Assembly (NCBI GenBank): GCA_051955355.1 | Contig: JBQCGU010000072.1 | Span: 170 to 64,169, forward strand | Length of the DNA: 64,000 nt | From: Solirubrobacteraceae bacterium | Lineage (GTDB): Bacteria; Actinomycetota; Thermoleophilia; Solirubrobacterales; Solirubrobacteraceae | Direction: 5' to 3' | In this document: in pieces, positions 32,793-42,251 of the stretch | Layout: each line of letters opens with the position of its first letter | How positions within the stretch are numbered: the first letter of the stretch is position 1 | The notes under the pieces: generated by a model | The model's database searches: none | What the model was told of the DNA's origin: nothing | What the model saw: the letters and a program-made list of their open reading frames with translations, nothing else | Made by a program: the position numbers and the translations under genes

Positions 32793-34199
32793 TCATGGGA
32801 CCTGCGTGGGGTCGCAGCCGAGCGAACCGTTGTCGGTGAACGGCGATGAGCCATCGGGCGCCGGCTGGGTTGCCGCGCCGGGACAGCGACGCAGCTGGTG
32901 GGTCTTGAGGCCCTGCAGCACACGCTGCGGGTTGGCCGGCTTGAGCGTGTTGCCTTCGAGCTGGAAGTCTGGGAATATCGCGCCGCTGCGGACGTAGTGG
33001 CCGCTGGAGTCGTAGTAGGACGATCCCTGGCCGAACGTTCGGATCAGGCCCTCGAAATCAGGGGCGTAGGGACCGAAGAAGGCGGTCACGGGCAGCGATT
33101 CTTCCAGTGAGCGCACGCTGTTAGGCGAAGCGCTGGAGAGCGTCTTTGCGAGCCCCGGCAGAGCGAGCGCAACTTCGGTGAGGTCGTTGTTGGCACCGGG
33201 ACGTTCGATCGCTTGGCTGAACTCGCGCAGCACCGGGGTGGATGCGGTCACCAGGCCGTGCAATCCGGCGAAGAACGACGCAAGGTTCTTGGTGCCGGGC
33301 TTGGAGACATCCACGAGCTTGCGCAGCGCCGCCAGCGTGCCGGGCAGCTGCTGAAACGTGCGGTTGCCTTCATGCAGAGTCGCCGGCAGTTCCTGCAATC
33401 CGCGCGTGAGGCTCGACTCCTGCGAGCCAATCGCCGCGAACGTCGTGTTGGCGTTGCTCACCAGTTGGGTGAGTTCGGTATGGCGAGCGGCCAGCGTGGT
33501 TGTCGCCTTGGCAGATTCGACGAGGAACCGTTCGAGCGAGGGGGTTTCGCGCGCAAGCTCGGCAAGCACGTGGGTGAACGAGCTCAGCGCCGGCGGGAAG
33601 TAGAGCGAGTCGGTCTGCAGGGCCGATTCGGCCCCCGCGTACTGTTCGCCCGAGCCTTGGAGGAACTGCTGAAGGCCCTTGCGCGTACGTTCGTTGAAGA
33701 CGTTGAAGAGTTGGTCGAGGTTGACAGCACCACGGATCTGGCTGCCTTCCAGCGTGGCGCCCGAGCGCAGCGCCGGGCGGTTGTTTGGTCCGGGCGTGAG
33801 CGCGATGTAGCGATTGGCGACCGTTGCCAGGGACGGCACGCGTATTTCGGCGCCCGTACCCTCGTGCAGCGGAGTGAGCGACGGGTCGACATGGATCGTC
33901 ACACGCGCCCGGTCGTCGGAGGTGAGCTCGATGTCGGTGATCGTGCCCACGCGCGTGCCGCCCACCTGGACTTCGTCTCCGCGCACGAGTTCGCTCGCTT
34001 CGGGGAAGACGAGCTGATAGGTGGCTCCTTTGCTGCCACCGAGCACAAGCGCCAGCACGAGCAGGGCCACGACGGCAAGAGCCCCCGCAGCAGCAAGCCG
34101 GGCTACGCTCGCTCGGTTCGGTCCTGGCCCGGCTTTTGCCGAGCGCTCCAGCGGAGCGCTCGGTCCCCCGGGCGGAGTAGGCGGTGCAGCGGTTGCCAT
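32793..34199 (-). CDS. MCE/MlaD family protein
   Basis: TM, GDEVQVGGTRVGTI, VANRYIALTPG. Confidence 0.92.
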   Translation of the reverse strand: MATAAPPTPPGGPSAPLERSAKAGPGPNRASVARLAAAGALAVVALLVLALVLGGSKGATYQLVFPEASELVRGDEVQVGGTRVGTITDIELTSDDRARVTIHVDPSLTPLHEGTGAEIRVPSLATVANRYIALTPGPNNRPALRSGATLEGSQIRGAVNLDQLFNVFNERTRKGLQQFLQGSGEQYAGAESALQTDSLYFPPALSSFTHVLAELARETPSLERFLVESAKATTTLAARHTELTQLVSNANTTFAAIGSQESSLTRGLQELPATLHEGNRTFQQLPGTLAALRKLVDVSKPGTKNLASFFAGLHGLVTASTPVLREFSQAIERPGANNDLTEVALALPGLAKTLSSASPNSVRSLEESLPVTAFFGPYAPDFEGLIRTFGQGSSYYDSSGHYVRSGAIFPDFQLEGNTLKPANPQRVLQGLKTHQLRRCPGAATQPAPDGSSPFTDNGSLGCDPTQVP

Positions 34200-34201
34200 T
34201 G

Positions 34202-36193
34202 TTAGCCGCGACCTCCATTCGATGCGCTCCCGGCGTGGTCAGGGATCGCTGCGGGCGAGGGCTTGTCGGTCACGTTCGGATCGGGGATCTGTCCGAGCCG
34301 AGCGATCAGCTTGACCCATTGGGCCGGTGAGAGCCCACCGCTGACGACGGACGAGATACGCGCCTGGTGAGCGCCGTGCAATCCGTAGGAGACGCGAATC
34401 CGGTGGGGATGACCGGGGATCACGACTACGTTGCTCGCCTTTGGCAGGCCCGCCGGGCCTGAGATCGTCAGGGGCTGCATCGTGCCTTGGAGCGTCAACA
34501 GCCTCTGCACGGCGCTCACCGCAATCAAGGAAGCGTTGCCATTCGCGCCCACGACGGCCACCCGGCTGATCGCCGAGATGCTCACGGCGCTGCCCGAGTT
34601 GCAGCTGCCTGCGCTGACCGTGGGTGCGAGCCCGGAAGAAGCCATGAACTGCAGAACGGTAAGCACGCGCCGGTCGACACGTCCGTCCGCGACGAGGCGT
34701 CGCTCGCACGCGGGAACCACGATGTCGCGCTCGCGCGCGATCTGGCGCTCCAGCCGGGCCTTGGACTCGAGCAACGCTTGACCGGCAGTCGGGAGAGCCA
34801 TCTGCGCTGCGCCGCTCTGGCTGCTGATCCTGATCGCCGAACTGCTCTGCAGCTTCACCCAGCCGTCGAGCACCGGCTTGGGGTCTATCAGCGGAGCATC
34901 GGGTCCAGCGGGCTTGACCTGGAAGAGCATGTGCGGCTGCGCCGCCGAGCCGCCGTCGGTGGCGAGATGGCCGAGCACCGTGCCGGCGATGACCTGGACG
35001 CCGTCGTTGAGCGGATGCAGCGAGAAGCGCTTGCGTCCTTCGAGCACCGGATAGAGCCTCGCCAACTCGCCGAGTTGGCCATACGTGTACGTGTTGCCGT
35101 AGGCGTCTACGAGCGTCACATAGCGGCCGAGATCGGCGGATTCGCCCATGCTCGCTACGCGCCCGTCCTGAACGGCGATCACAGGAGCGTCCGATTGCGA
35201 GTAGATCGTCGTGCCGACGAGCGTCTTGCCTGTGCTCGTCGTCGAGAAGCCATCGTCGTAGTGAGACGGTGCGTACACAGGGAAGCGCGCTTCGCTGAGA
35301 CCGGTGACCGCGCCCAGGAGTTGCGGCGGGGTGCCGCCGAGCAGACGGGCGCGCAGCATGACCGAGTTGACGTACGCCTTGGAGTGGTTGTACGCGAATA
35401 CGGCTGTACGGATGTCGTGCGCGCCACCGGCATCCTTGAGGTACCGCGCGGCGGCGAAGATGGCGTCTGCCGGGTTGTAGGGGTCCTTGAAGCCGTCGTT
35501 GTTGACGTCGACCCCGAACTGGCTCCACTCGACCGGCAGGAACTGCATCCACCCCTCCGCGCCGGCGCTCGAGAGGTTGAGGTCGCGCCCGTAGTCGGTC
35601 TCGACTTCGTTGATCGCTGCGAGCACCTGCCATGGGATGCCGTACGCGGCTCCCGCCGCCTGGTAGATGGGCAACAGGAACGGCGGGATGCTGAAGCTGT
35701 TGATGAAGAAGCTCGGCACTCCGCCCATGGAATCCGACAGCGATGGTGGGAGTGCCGGTGTGAGCGTCCCGGGAGTGAGCGCCAGCGCGTGCGCGAGCGC
35801 CCTGCCGGCGGCCTTGGAGCCGCTCGCGGAGCCCGATCGCGACTGCGCCGGGCGGGACGGCTCGGCTGTAGTCGCGTTGCCCTGAGACGAAGCAGTTTCG
35901 CCACTGTTGGGCTGGGGGCGTTGCCCGAGGGCTGCGGGGGTGGGCGATGGGGTTGTCGTCGCTTGCGTGGTCGTGACGGTTTGCGGTGGCGCCCCGGGTT
36001 CGGTGGGCGCCGTTGTTTGGGCTGCGCCCGGCGGGGGAGTCGGAGTCGAAGTTGTGGTCGGGCCGGCAGAAGCTTCTGCGGAAGACCCGGGAGCGGATTC
36101 GTCGGCGAACGCGAAGGCCGCCGGCTGCAGCGCGATAGCCGCCGACACACCAGCCGTGAGGATCGTCTGTATGAGAAGCCGTTGCCGCGCCAT
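34202..36193 (-). CDS. Secreted lytic transglycosylase with degenerate M23-like domain
   Basis: Signal peptide, T/P-rich linker, AINEVETDYG...GWMQF, DAIFAAARYL; M23-like segment with YGQL and HMLF in place of YAHL and HLHF. Confidence 0.85.
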   Translation of the reverse strand: MARQRLLIQTILTAGVSAAIALQPAAFAFADESAPGSSAEASAGPTTTSTPTPPPGAAQTTAPTEPGAPPQTVTTTQATTTPSPTPAALGQRPQPNSGETASSQGNATTAEPSRPAQSRSGSASGSKAAGRALAHALALTPGTLTPALPPSLSDSMGGVPSFFINSFSIPPFLLPIYQAAGAAYGIPWQVLAAINEVETDYGRDLNLSSAGAEGWMQFLPVEWSQFGVDVNNDGFKDPYNPADAIFAAARYLKDAGGAHDIRTAVFAYNHSKAYVNSVMLRARLLGGTPPQLLGAVTGLSEARFPVYAPSHYDDGFSTTSTGKTLVGTTIYSQSDAPVIAVQDGRVASMGESADLGRYVTLVDAYGNTYTYGQLGELARLYPVLEGRKRFSLHPLNDGVQVIAGTVLGHLATDGGSAAQPHMLFQVKPAGPDAPLIDPKPVLDGWVKLQSSSAIRISSQSGAAQMALPTAGQALLESKARLERQIARERDIVVPACERRLVADGRVDRRVLTVLQFMASSGLAPTVSAGSCNSGSAVSISAISRVAVVGANGNASLIAVSAVQRLLTLQGTMQPLTISGPAGLPKASNVVVIPGHPHRIRVSYGLHGAHQARISSVVSGGLSPAQWVKLIARLGQIPDPNVTDKPSPAAIPDHAGSASNGGRG

Positions 36194-36196
36194 AGC

Positions 36197-37741
36197 TCAG
36201 TTGCCAAGCAGGTAGTTGAGCAGCATTCCGCTTGCTTCGGACCCTTCTTCGGATGGCGCGTAGTAGGTCGTGCCGGACGCGGCGCCGCCGACGGGCTGCG
36301 TGGTGGTGGCCGTACCGGATGCCGGAGCGGCGCCGGTCGTGCCGGCTTCTCCAGGCAGGGGACCCGGGTACTTGGCCACCGCCTGCGCGGGGGACATCCC
36401 GTTCAGGATCGCGAGCGTGCGGGCCATCACGAGACTCGTGCTGCGATCGCTCGCCACTCTGGCGGCCGAGCCTTCTCCGCCGATGAATTTGCCGTTGCAG
36501 TTTCCCGGCGTGATCCGATAGGTCAGGCAGTTGGGGTATGCCTGGATATCGGCGCGCAAGAAGTGGCCAAGCGAGTCGTAGCCGTTCTCAACCCCGCCGC
36601 CGAGGTAGATGAAGTCGAGCAGGCGCTCCAAACCGCCCGTTTTGCGGAAACTGCCGAGCGCTTCAGAGAGGTTGCCGGCGAACGGCTTGGCGGCTGCCCC
36701 CAGGGCCTTCGTGCGTGTGAGCAGCGGCTGCACGTGTTCGATCGCTGGACCGGCGACCTTCGTGCTCTTGCCGAGCGAGGTGAAGAACGCTTCGGCGGAC
36801 TTGGAGAAGCCGGGGATGTGCTGGAAGGCCTGGGTCAGGCCGGGCGCAGCGACGCCCAGATCGCGCAGCGTCGGTGTCGTCTGATCGGCGAAGCGTCCGA
36901 GCCGTTCCATAGCCGGTCCCAACTGGCGCAGGAAGGCGGGGAAGTCGGCGAAGTTCTGGGCGAGCGCACCGCGATGGCGGGCGGTGGCCTGCGCGAGCGT
37001 GTTGCTCTGCGTGATGAAGTCGGCGAGCTTGCCGCGTTCGGCGGCAAGCGGCGCGAGCGCGCGGTCGGATTCGACCGCCAGGCTGGTAAGCACATGGTTC
37101 TCGCTCGCGAGGATCGAGAGCACCGCTTCGAGTTCCTGCAGCGCCGGGTTGGCGCGGCGGATGAGCGCGTTCAAGTCCTTGCCGCGGCCGGCAAACGTGG
37201 CGCCCAGCTCGTTGAGGATGATCGTCAGGCGCTGTCGCTCGGGCAGGCGGTTGATGTCGCTGATCAGATCGGGGTCGACCGGGCTGTGCGTTTTCGTGAC
37301 CGGAAGCAGCCACTCCCCTGCTCCTTCCTGCCCGGAAGGAATCTTCTTCAGCGCTGGCGGCAGCGGGGTGCCTTCCACGCGCGGTTGGGTGGGCAGACAG
37401 TCGACGAACTTCTCGCCGATCAGCGCCTGCGGGCGGACCTGGCAGCTGGCGTCGGTGCGGAAGTTCTGGAAGCCGGGGTTGGAGATCCCGATCACAACGG
37501 CTGCCTTGCCCTGCGGCGTGGGCGTGACCGATTGCACGCTGCCAACCTTGACCCCGTCGATCTTGACGTCCTCCCCGGCGATCACGTTGCCCGCGTTGTC
37601 GAAGATCGCACGTACTTCGTAGCCGCCGCTCGACCCACCGGCGGAGGTGGCGAGCACGACGACGAGGGCGAGCGCGAGCACGCCGGCGGCACCGGCGATG
37701 GCAGGAGCCCATCTCCTCCAACTTGCGCTCTTCGTCTTCAA
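36197..37741 (-). CDS. MCE/MlaD family protein
   Basis: TM, GEDVKIDGVKVGSV, RPQALIGEKFVDC; TTG start with GGAGG RBS inferred. Confidence 0.9.
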   Translation of the reverse strand: MKTKSASWRRWAPAIAGAAGVLALALVVVLATSAGGSSGGYEVRAIFDNAGNVIAGEDVKIDGVKVGSVQSVTPTPQGKAAVVIGISNPGFQNFRTDASCQVRPQALIGEKFVDCLPTQPRVEGTPLPPALKKIPSGQEGAGEWLLPVTKTHSPVDPDLISDINRLPERQRLTIILNELGATFAGRGKDLNALIRRANPALQELEAVLSILASENHVLTSLAVESDRALAPLAAERGKLADFITQSNTLAQATARHRGALAQNFADFPAFLRQLGPAMERLGRFADQTTPTLRDLGVAAPGLTQAFQHIPGFSKSAEAFFTSLGKSTKVAGPAIEHVQPLLTRTKALGAAAKPFAGNLSEALGSFRKTGGLERLLDFIYLGGGVENGYDSLGHFLRADIQAYPNCLTYRITPGNCNGKFIGGEGSAARVASDRSTSLVMARTLAILNGMSPAQAVAKYPGPLPGEAGTTGAAPASGTATTTQPVGGAASGTTYYAPSEEGSEASGMLLNYLLGN

Positions 37742-37887
37742 CCCGATCGTTCCCTCCACCTTTGGACGAGATTGGGGCGGCTTCGCCTCACTTCGGCGAC
37801 GCCGCCCCGATCCCTCTTGCTGCGACGCTGCCCCATGCCACTGGAGCACAGGGCAGCGTATTGCTTATTGCCTACGGCGGGGTGACC

Positions 37888-38751
37888 CTATTTCTTGGGG
37901 CAGGGCACCTTGACCGTCTTGGTCACCTTTTCCCATGTGGATTCGGCGCCTGCACCGAACCACATTTCGCCCTTGCCTGGGAAGCCCCCCTTCGGGCACT
38001 TACGCGGGATGGTGCCAAGCGAGACCAGTTTGCCTTTGACCTTGCGAGCGGCACCGATCGTGACGGTCGCGGATTCGGAGCTTCCGTCGGGAGCACCCTG
38101 CACCGTTTCGATCAACGGAACGTCGGTGACGAACTTCCGACCGAAGAGGCCGCTGGCCGCCTGGAATTTGCCGGCGAAGGGCAATTCGATCACGGTCGGC
38201 GTCACGCCTTCGAGGTAGAAGTTCAGGCCACCGCCAGGGGCGAAGTAGGCCTGGACCTTGACCGCCTCTGCCACGCGCGTACCGCCGAAGCTCACCACGC
38301 CGCAACCTTCGCTGGCGCCGCCGGCAAGCGGTTTCGACGGAGGACACGCTTCGGGGGCGACCTGAGGCGCGTGGCCGGCGGGGCTGGCAAGGGAGCCCGC
38401 GGGGCACTTTTCCGGTTCGTGGTTTTCGAGGGTACGCAGCGAGCACGTCGGGAAGCCCGTGGTGTGAATCCCCACGCCCTTCGGCAGCCAAACGGCGACA
38501 CGCCGGAGAGGAGCGGGGAATCCGCCGTATTCGGTGCCTTTGATCAGAAACTTCGTTTCAAGCGACGCCGGGGCGCCGAGGAAATTGCCCGTATGAGGCC
38601 AGAAGCCGGCTTTCGGTTTGGCCGGGTTCTTTAGGACGGGCAGGATCTTGACGTGAACCGTGACTGTGGGCGCCGCGAGCGCGGACGCCGGAAGACCCAA
38701 AGCCAGTGCGGCGAGGCCGAGCATGGCCAGTCGGGTGGATGCTCTGCGCAT
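37888..38751 (-). CDS. Secreted beta-rich protein of unknown function heading the Mce operon
   Basis: RBS AGAGGAG; signal peptide ending ALA; several Cys (FPTC, EKCP, RKCP, VPCP). Confidence 0.8.
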   Translation of the reverse strand: MRRASTRLAMLGLAALALGLPASALAAPTVTVHVKILPVLKNPAKPKAGFWPHTGNFLGAPASLETKFLIKGTEYGGFPAPLRRVAVWLPKGVGIHTTGFPTCSLRTLENHEPEKCPAGSLASPAGHAPQVAPEACPPSKPLAGGASEGCGVVSFGGTRVAEAVKVQAYFAPGGGLNFYLEGVTPTVIELPFAGKFQAASGLFGRKFVTDVPLIETVQGAPDGSSESATVTIGAARKVKGKLVSLGTIPRKCPKGGFPGKGEMWFGAGAESTWEKVTKTVKVPCPKK

Positions 38752-38786
38752 CGAGTTCTCTCTCCTCTTTTGATGGACAGGTCCGC

Positions 38787-38861
38787 CTCGATCCGGGTAG
38801 CTCCGGAGCCTTGACGGCCCGGCGACATCGAGATCCCCGAGTTCTCAGCGACCCGGAGAAC
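38787..38861 (-). promoter_or_regulatory. Structured leader upstream of Mce operon
   Basis: 11-bp bulged stem 38787-38797/38818-38832, hairpin 38841-38846/38856-38861, TAACCT -10 at 38885-38880. Confidence 0.4.
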
Positions 38862-38950
38862 AGTGGCGATTTGTTTCAAAGGTTAGCGAATCGGCCCGTC
38901 GCTTCAAGCCATAAGCAGCTCGCGCAGGTGCATCGAGCGGGGGTCTTTGA

Positions 38951-38968
38951 TGTGGCGGTAGCGCCACA
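38951..38968. terminator. Hairpin downstream of purM
   Basis: TGTGGCG-GTAG-CGCCACA flanked by CTTT/AAAG. Confidence 0.5.
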
Positions 38969-38994
38969 AAGAGGCATAGGCAGGCCACTAAGGC

Positions 38995-40116
38995 TCAACT
39001 GGAGCCTGAGAAGTCGAGCTCCGCACTACCGTAAACGACATCCACGGGCTCGACGATGACCTGCCTTGGGCCTTGCTCGACGATTCCGCCGACAAGCGCC
39101 TGCAGACCGATTCGCTCGGCTGCATCCACCACTCGCTGCCCGCTGCCGGCGCGACAATAGATCGCATAGCCGCTGCCCATGTTGAACGTGCTGTATGCCG
39201 AGTGCCGGTCGAGCCCCGCCTCATCCACGAGGAACTGCAGCACCTCGGGCACCGGCGGCAGCGATTGGATGCGGTAGGTGAGCTCGTTGGGCGGGCGCAT
39301 CAGCTTGAGCAGGCCGTGGCCGGTGATGTGGCTGATGTAGCCGATCTCGATCTCCTGCTCGATCAGCGCCTGGATCAGCCTGACGTACATGACCGACGGG
39401 TCGAGCAGAGCCTCTCCGAACGTGCGCCCGCTCGGCAGCGCGGTTGCGTATCCCGCCGGCAGCCGCTCGGCGACGAGCCGGGCAAGCGAGGCGCCGTTGG
39501 CGTGCAGCCCCGCCGAGGCGACGAGCACGATCTCGTCTCCCGCCACCAGACCTTCGCCGAAGATCGGCGGTTGTCCCACGGGCACCGCACCGACGGCGGC
39601 GCCGGCGAGCTCGATGTCCCGCTCGCTCACCAGGCCCGCCAGCGAGGGCGACTCGCCTCCCCCCCACGCGCAGCCGGCGTCCAGGCAGGCGCGCTGCCAG
39701 CCGTCGAGCAGCGCCTGCGCGCGCTCCTGCTCGGCATACCACTCCGAGGCGCCGGTGGCGAAGTAGGCGTTGACGACGAGCGGGAGCGCGCCGACGCAGC
39801 AGAGGTCGTTGAGGATGGCGGCAACCGTGTCGTAGGCGACATCCGCGAAACGGTTGATCCCCTGCGCCTCGAGCACTTGGCGGGCGATCACCGACTTCGT
39901 GCCCAAGCCCTCGACCACGAAGGCGAGATGACGTCCGTCGAGCTCGAACACGAACGCCGGCTCCCCGCGCGAGGCGTCGATCGCACGCCCGCCGCGAGCG
40001 GCGAGCAGCGAGGAGGTGGCGAGCGCCATCGCGATCGCCCCGCGCTTGCCCTCGTCCAACGTCGAGTAGTCGACGCCTGCCGCCTTGTAGCTGACAGTGC
40101 TGGCGTTGTCGGTCAT
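38995..40116 (-). CDS. purM: Phosphoribosylformylglycinamidine cyclo-ligase (AIR synthetase)
   Basis: [47 protein letters not shown]. Confidence 0.88.
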   Translation of the reverse strand: MTDNASTVSYKAAGVDYSTLDEGKRGAIAMALATSSLLAARGGRAIDASRGEPAFVFELDGRHLAFVVEGLGTKSVIARQVLEAQGINRFADVAYDTVAAILNDLCCVGALPLVVNAYFATGASEWYAEQERAQALLDGWQRACLDAGCAWGGGESPSLAGLVSERDIELAGAAVGAVPVGQPPIFGEGLVAGDEIVLVASAGLHANGASLARLVAERLPAGYATALPSGRTFGEALLDPSVMYVRLIQALIEQEIEIGYISHITGHGLLKLMRPPNELTYRIQSLPPVPEVLQFLVDEAGLDRHSAYSTFNMGSGYAIYCRAGSGQRVVDAAERIGLQALVGGIVEQGPRQVIVEPVDVVYGSAELDFSGSS

Positions 40117-40160
40117 CCGCGATGATCCTATCCGCCGACCCGCCCGCGAAAGGAGCCGCG

Positions 40161-41369
40161 ATGGACTTCAAGCCAAGCGAGCGCTGCCAAGCGCTCATCG
40201 AGCAGCTCACGCAGTTCATGGACGATCACGTCTATCCGGCCGAGCCGACCTACGAGCAACAGCTGCACGACTCCGGCGATCCGCACCATCAGCCGGGGGT
40301 CATGGAGGAGCTCACGGAGAAGGCCAAGTCGGCAGGCTTGTGGAATCTGTTCCTGCCCGACGCCGAGCGCGGGGCAGGGCTGTCGAACACCGACTACGCA
40401 CCGCTTGCGGAGATCCTCGGGCGCAGCCACATCGCCTCTGAGGCGTGCAACTGCTCGGCACCGGACACGGGCAACATGGAGGTGCTGCACCAGTTCGGCT
40501 CTCCAGAGCAAAAGAACCAATGGCTTGACCCTCTACTGGAGGGTGAGATTCGCTCTTCGTTTGCGATGACCGAGCCGGATGTGGCGTCGTCGGACGCCAC
40601 CAACATCTCATTGCGCATCGAGCGCGACAGCAACGACGGGTATGTGCTCAACGGACGCAAGTGGTGGATCTCAGGGGCGCTTCACCCCCACTGCCGGATC
40701 ATGATCGTGATGGGCAAGACAGACCCGAACGCCCCGCGCCACCGCCAGCAGAGCATGATCCTCGTGCCCATCGACACGCCCGGCGTGACGATCGTGCGCG
40801 GCCTGCCCGTGTTCGGCTACCAAGACCAGGAGGGCCACGCGGAAATCCTCTTCGAGGATGTGCGTGTGCCGGCGTCGAACCTGATCGCCGGCGAGGGCGA
40901 TGGCTTCATGATCGCCCAAGCACGCCTCGGCCCCGGACGCATCCACCACTGCATGCGCTCGATCGGAGCAGCCGAGCGGGCGCTGGAGGCGATGTGCCGG
41001 CGCGCGGCGCAGCGCACGACCTTCGGCCAGCCGGTGGCTGCACGCGCGAACATTCAGGACTGGATCGCCGAGTCGCGCGTTGAGATCGAGATGGCGCGCC
41101 TGCTCACCCTCAAGGCGGCGTGGCTGATGGACACGGTGGGCAACCGTCAGGCGCGCATGGAGATCTCCGCGATCAAGGTGGCGGCCCCCAACATCGCGCT
41201 GAAGGTGGTTGACCGGGCGATCCAGGTGCACGGCGGCGGGGGGGTGTCAGACGACTATCCGCTCGCCTCCGCCTACGCCCACCTGCGCACGCTGCGCCTG
41301 GCGGACGGCCCCGACGAGGTGCACAAGCTCAGTATCGCTCGCCGGGAGCTCGCTCCGTATCTAGCTTGA
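40161..41369 (+). CDS. Acyl-CoA dehydrogenase
   Basis: [50 protein letters not shown]. Confidence 0.95.
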   Translation: MDFKPSERCQALIEQLTQFMDDHVYPAEPTYEQQLHDSGDPHHQPGVMEELTEKAKSAGLWNLFLPDAERGAGLSNTDYAPLAEILGRSHIASEACNCSAPDTGNMEVLHQFGSPEQKNQWLDPLLEGEIRSSFAMTEPDVASSDATNISLRIERDSNDGYVLNGRKWWISGALHPHCRIMIVMGKTDPNAPRHRQQSMILVPIDTPGVTIVRGLPVFGYQDQEGHAEILFEDVRVPASNLIAGEGDGFMIAQARLGPGRIHHCMRSIGAAERALEAMCRRAAQRTTFGQPVAARANIQDWIAESRVEIEMARLLTLKAAWLMDTVGNRQARMEISAIKVAAPNIALKVVDRAIQVHGGGGVSDDYPLASAYAHLRTLRLADGPDEVHKLSIARRELAPYLA

Positions 41370-42117
41370 GGCTGTAGAGCACAGCGGCCACCGAGGTGGC
41401 CAGATTCAGGCTTGAGACTCCCGCGCGCATCGGCAGGCTCACACAGGCGTCGGCTCTGGCGAGCAACCGCTCGCTGCAGCCGGCCCGCTCGGTGCCGAAC
41501 GCGAGGATCGCGCGCCGGGGGATCTCGCGCGGCTGCAGCGGGTGGCCCTGCGGGTCGAACGCCAGCAGCGGCCGGCCACCGGCTGGCGGCAGCTCGGCGA
41601 TGCGAGCCACGGGCAGCGCGAAGTGAAGGCCAGCGGCGCCGCGCACTGCAACCGGGTCCCACGGGTCCTGACGTCCGGTGGTCAGCACCCCGGCAGCGTC
41701 GGCGGCAGCCGCCACACGGATGACGGCGCCGAGGTTCCCGAAGTGGCGAGGGTCCTCGAGCAGCACGATCGGCGCCTCGCGCTGGTCGTCGAGCAGCGCC
41801 TGCGGGTTTGCGGGCGCCCGACGGGCGATGCTCACCACCCCCGTATGCGGCACATACGGGCCGAGCTGCTTGAACGCCTCCTCGGGCAGCGTCACCAGCA
41901 GCGATCGCACACGCCCGCCCAGATCCGGCGCGAGCCCCTCAGCCAATCGCTCGATCTCCTCGACGTCGACGCACGCCACCAGCTCCACGTCCGCCCCGAA
42001 GCGCAACGCGTGCTTGAGGGCGTGAAAGCCCTGCAGCACCACGAGCTCGCCGTCTCGGCGTGCTCGATGGAAGCGTCGGACGACGCTCGACGGATCGCTG
42101 CCCGGCACGGTCGGCAC
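41329..42117 (-). CDS. TrmH/SpoU family RNA methyltransferase
   Basis: [38 protein letters not shown]; GTG start inferred. Confidence 0.88.
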   Translation of the reverse strand: MPTVPGSDPSSVVRRFHRARRDGELVVLQGFHALKHALRFGADVELVACVDVEEIERLAEGLAPDLGGRVRSLLVTLPEEAFKQLGPYVPHTGVVSIARRAPANPQALLDDQREAPIVLLEDPRHFGNLGAVIRVAAAADAAGVLTTGRQDPWDPVAVRGAAGLHFALPVARIAELPPAGGRPLLAFDPQGHPLQPREIPRRAILAFGTERAGCSERLLARADACVSLPMRAGVSSLNLATSVAAVLYSLKLDTERAPGERY

Positions 42118-42251
42118 GGCGGTGAGTCTACGGCGAGCTGAGCGGCGTGGGCAGGGCCGCAAGGCGTCAGCTGAGCATGTCCGAGCGTGTGAACCAGGCG
42201 GGTGGCGGCTTCGCCGGGAGCGAGTGCCGCTGCGCCGCGGCGGACCGCTTC

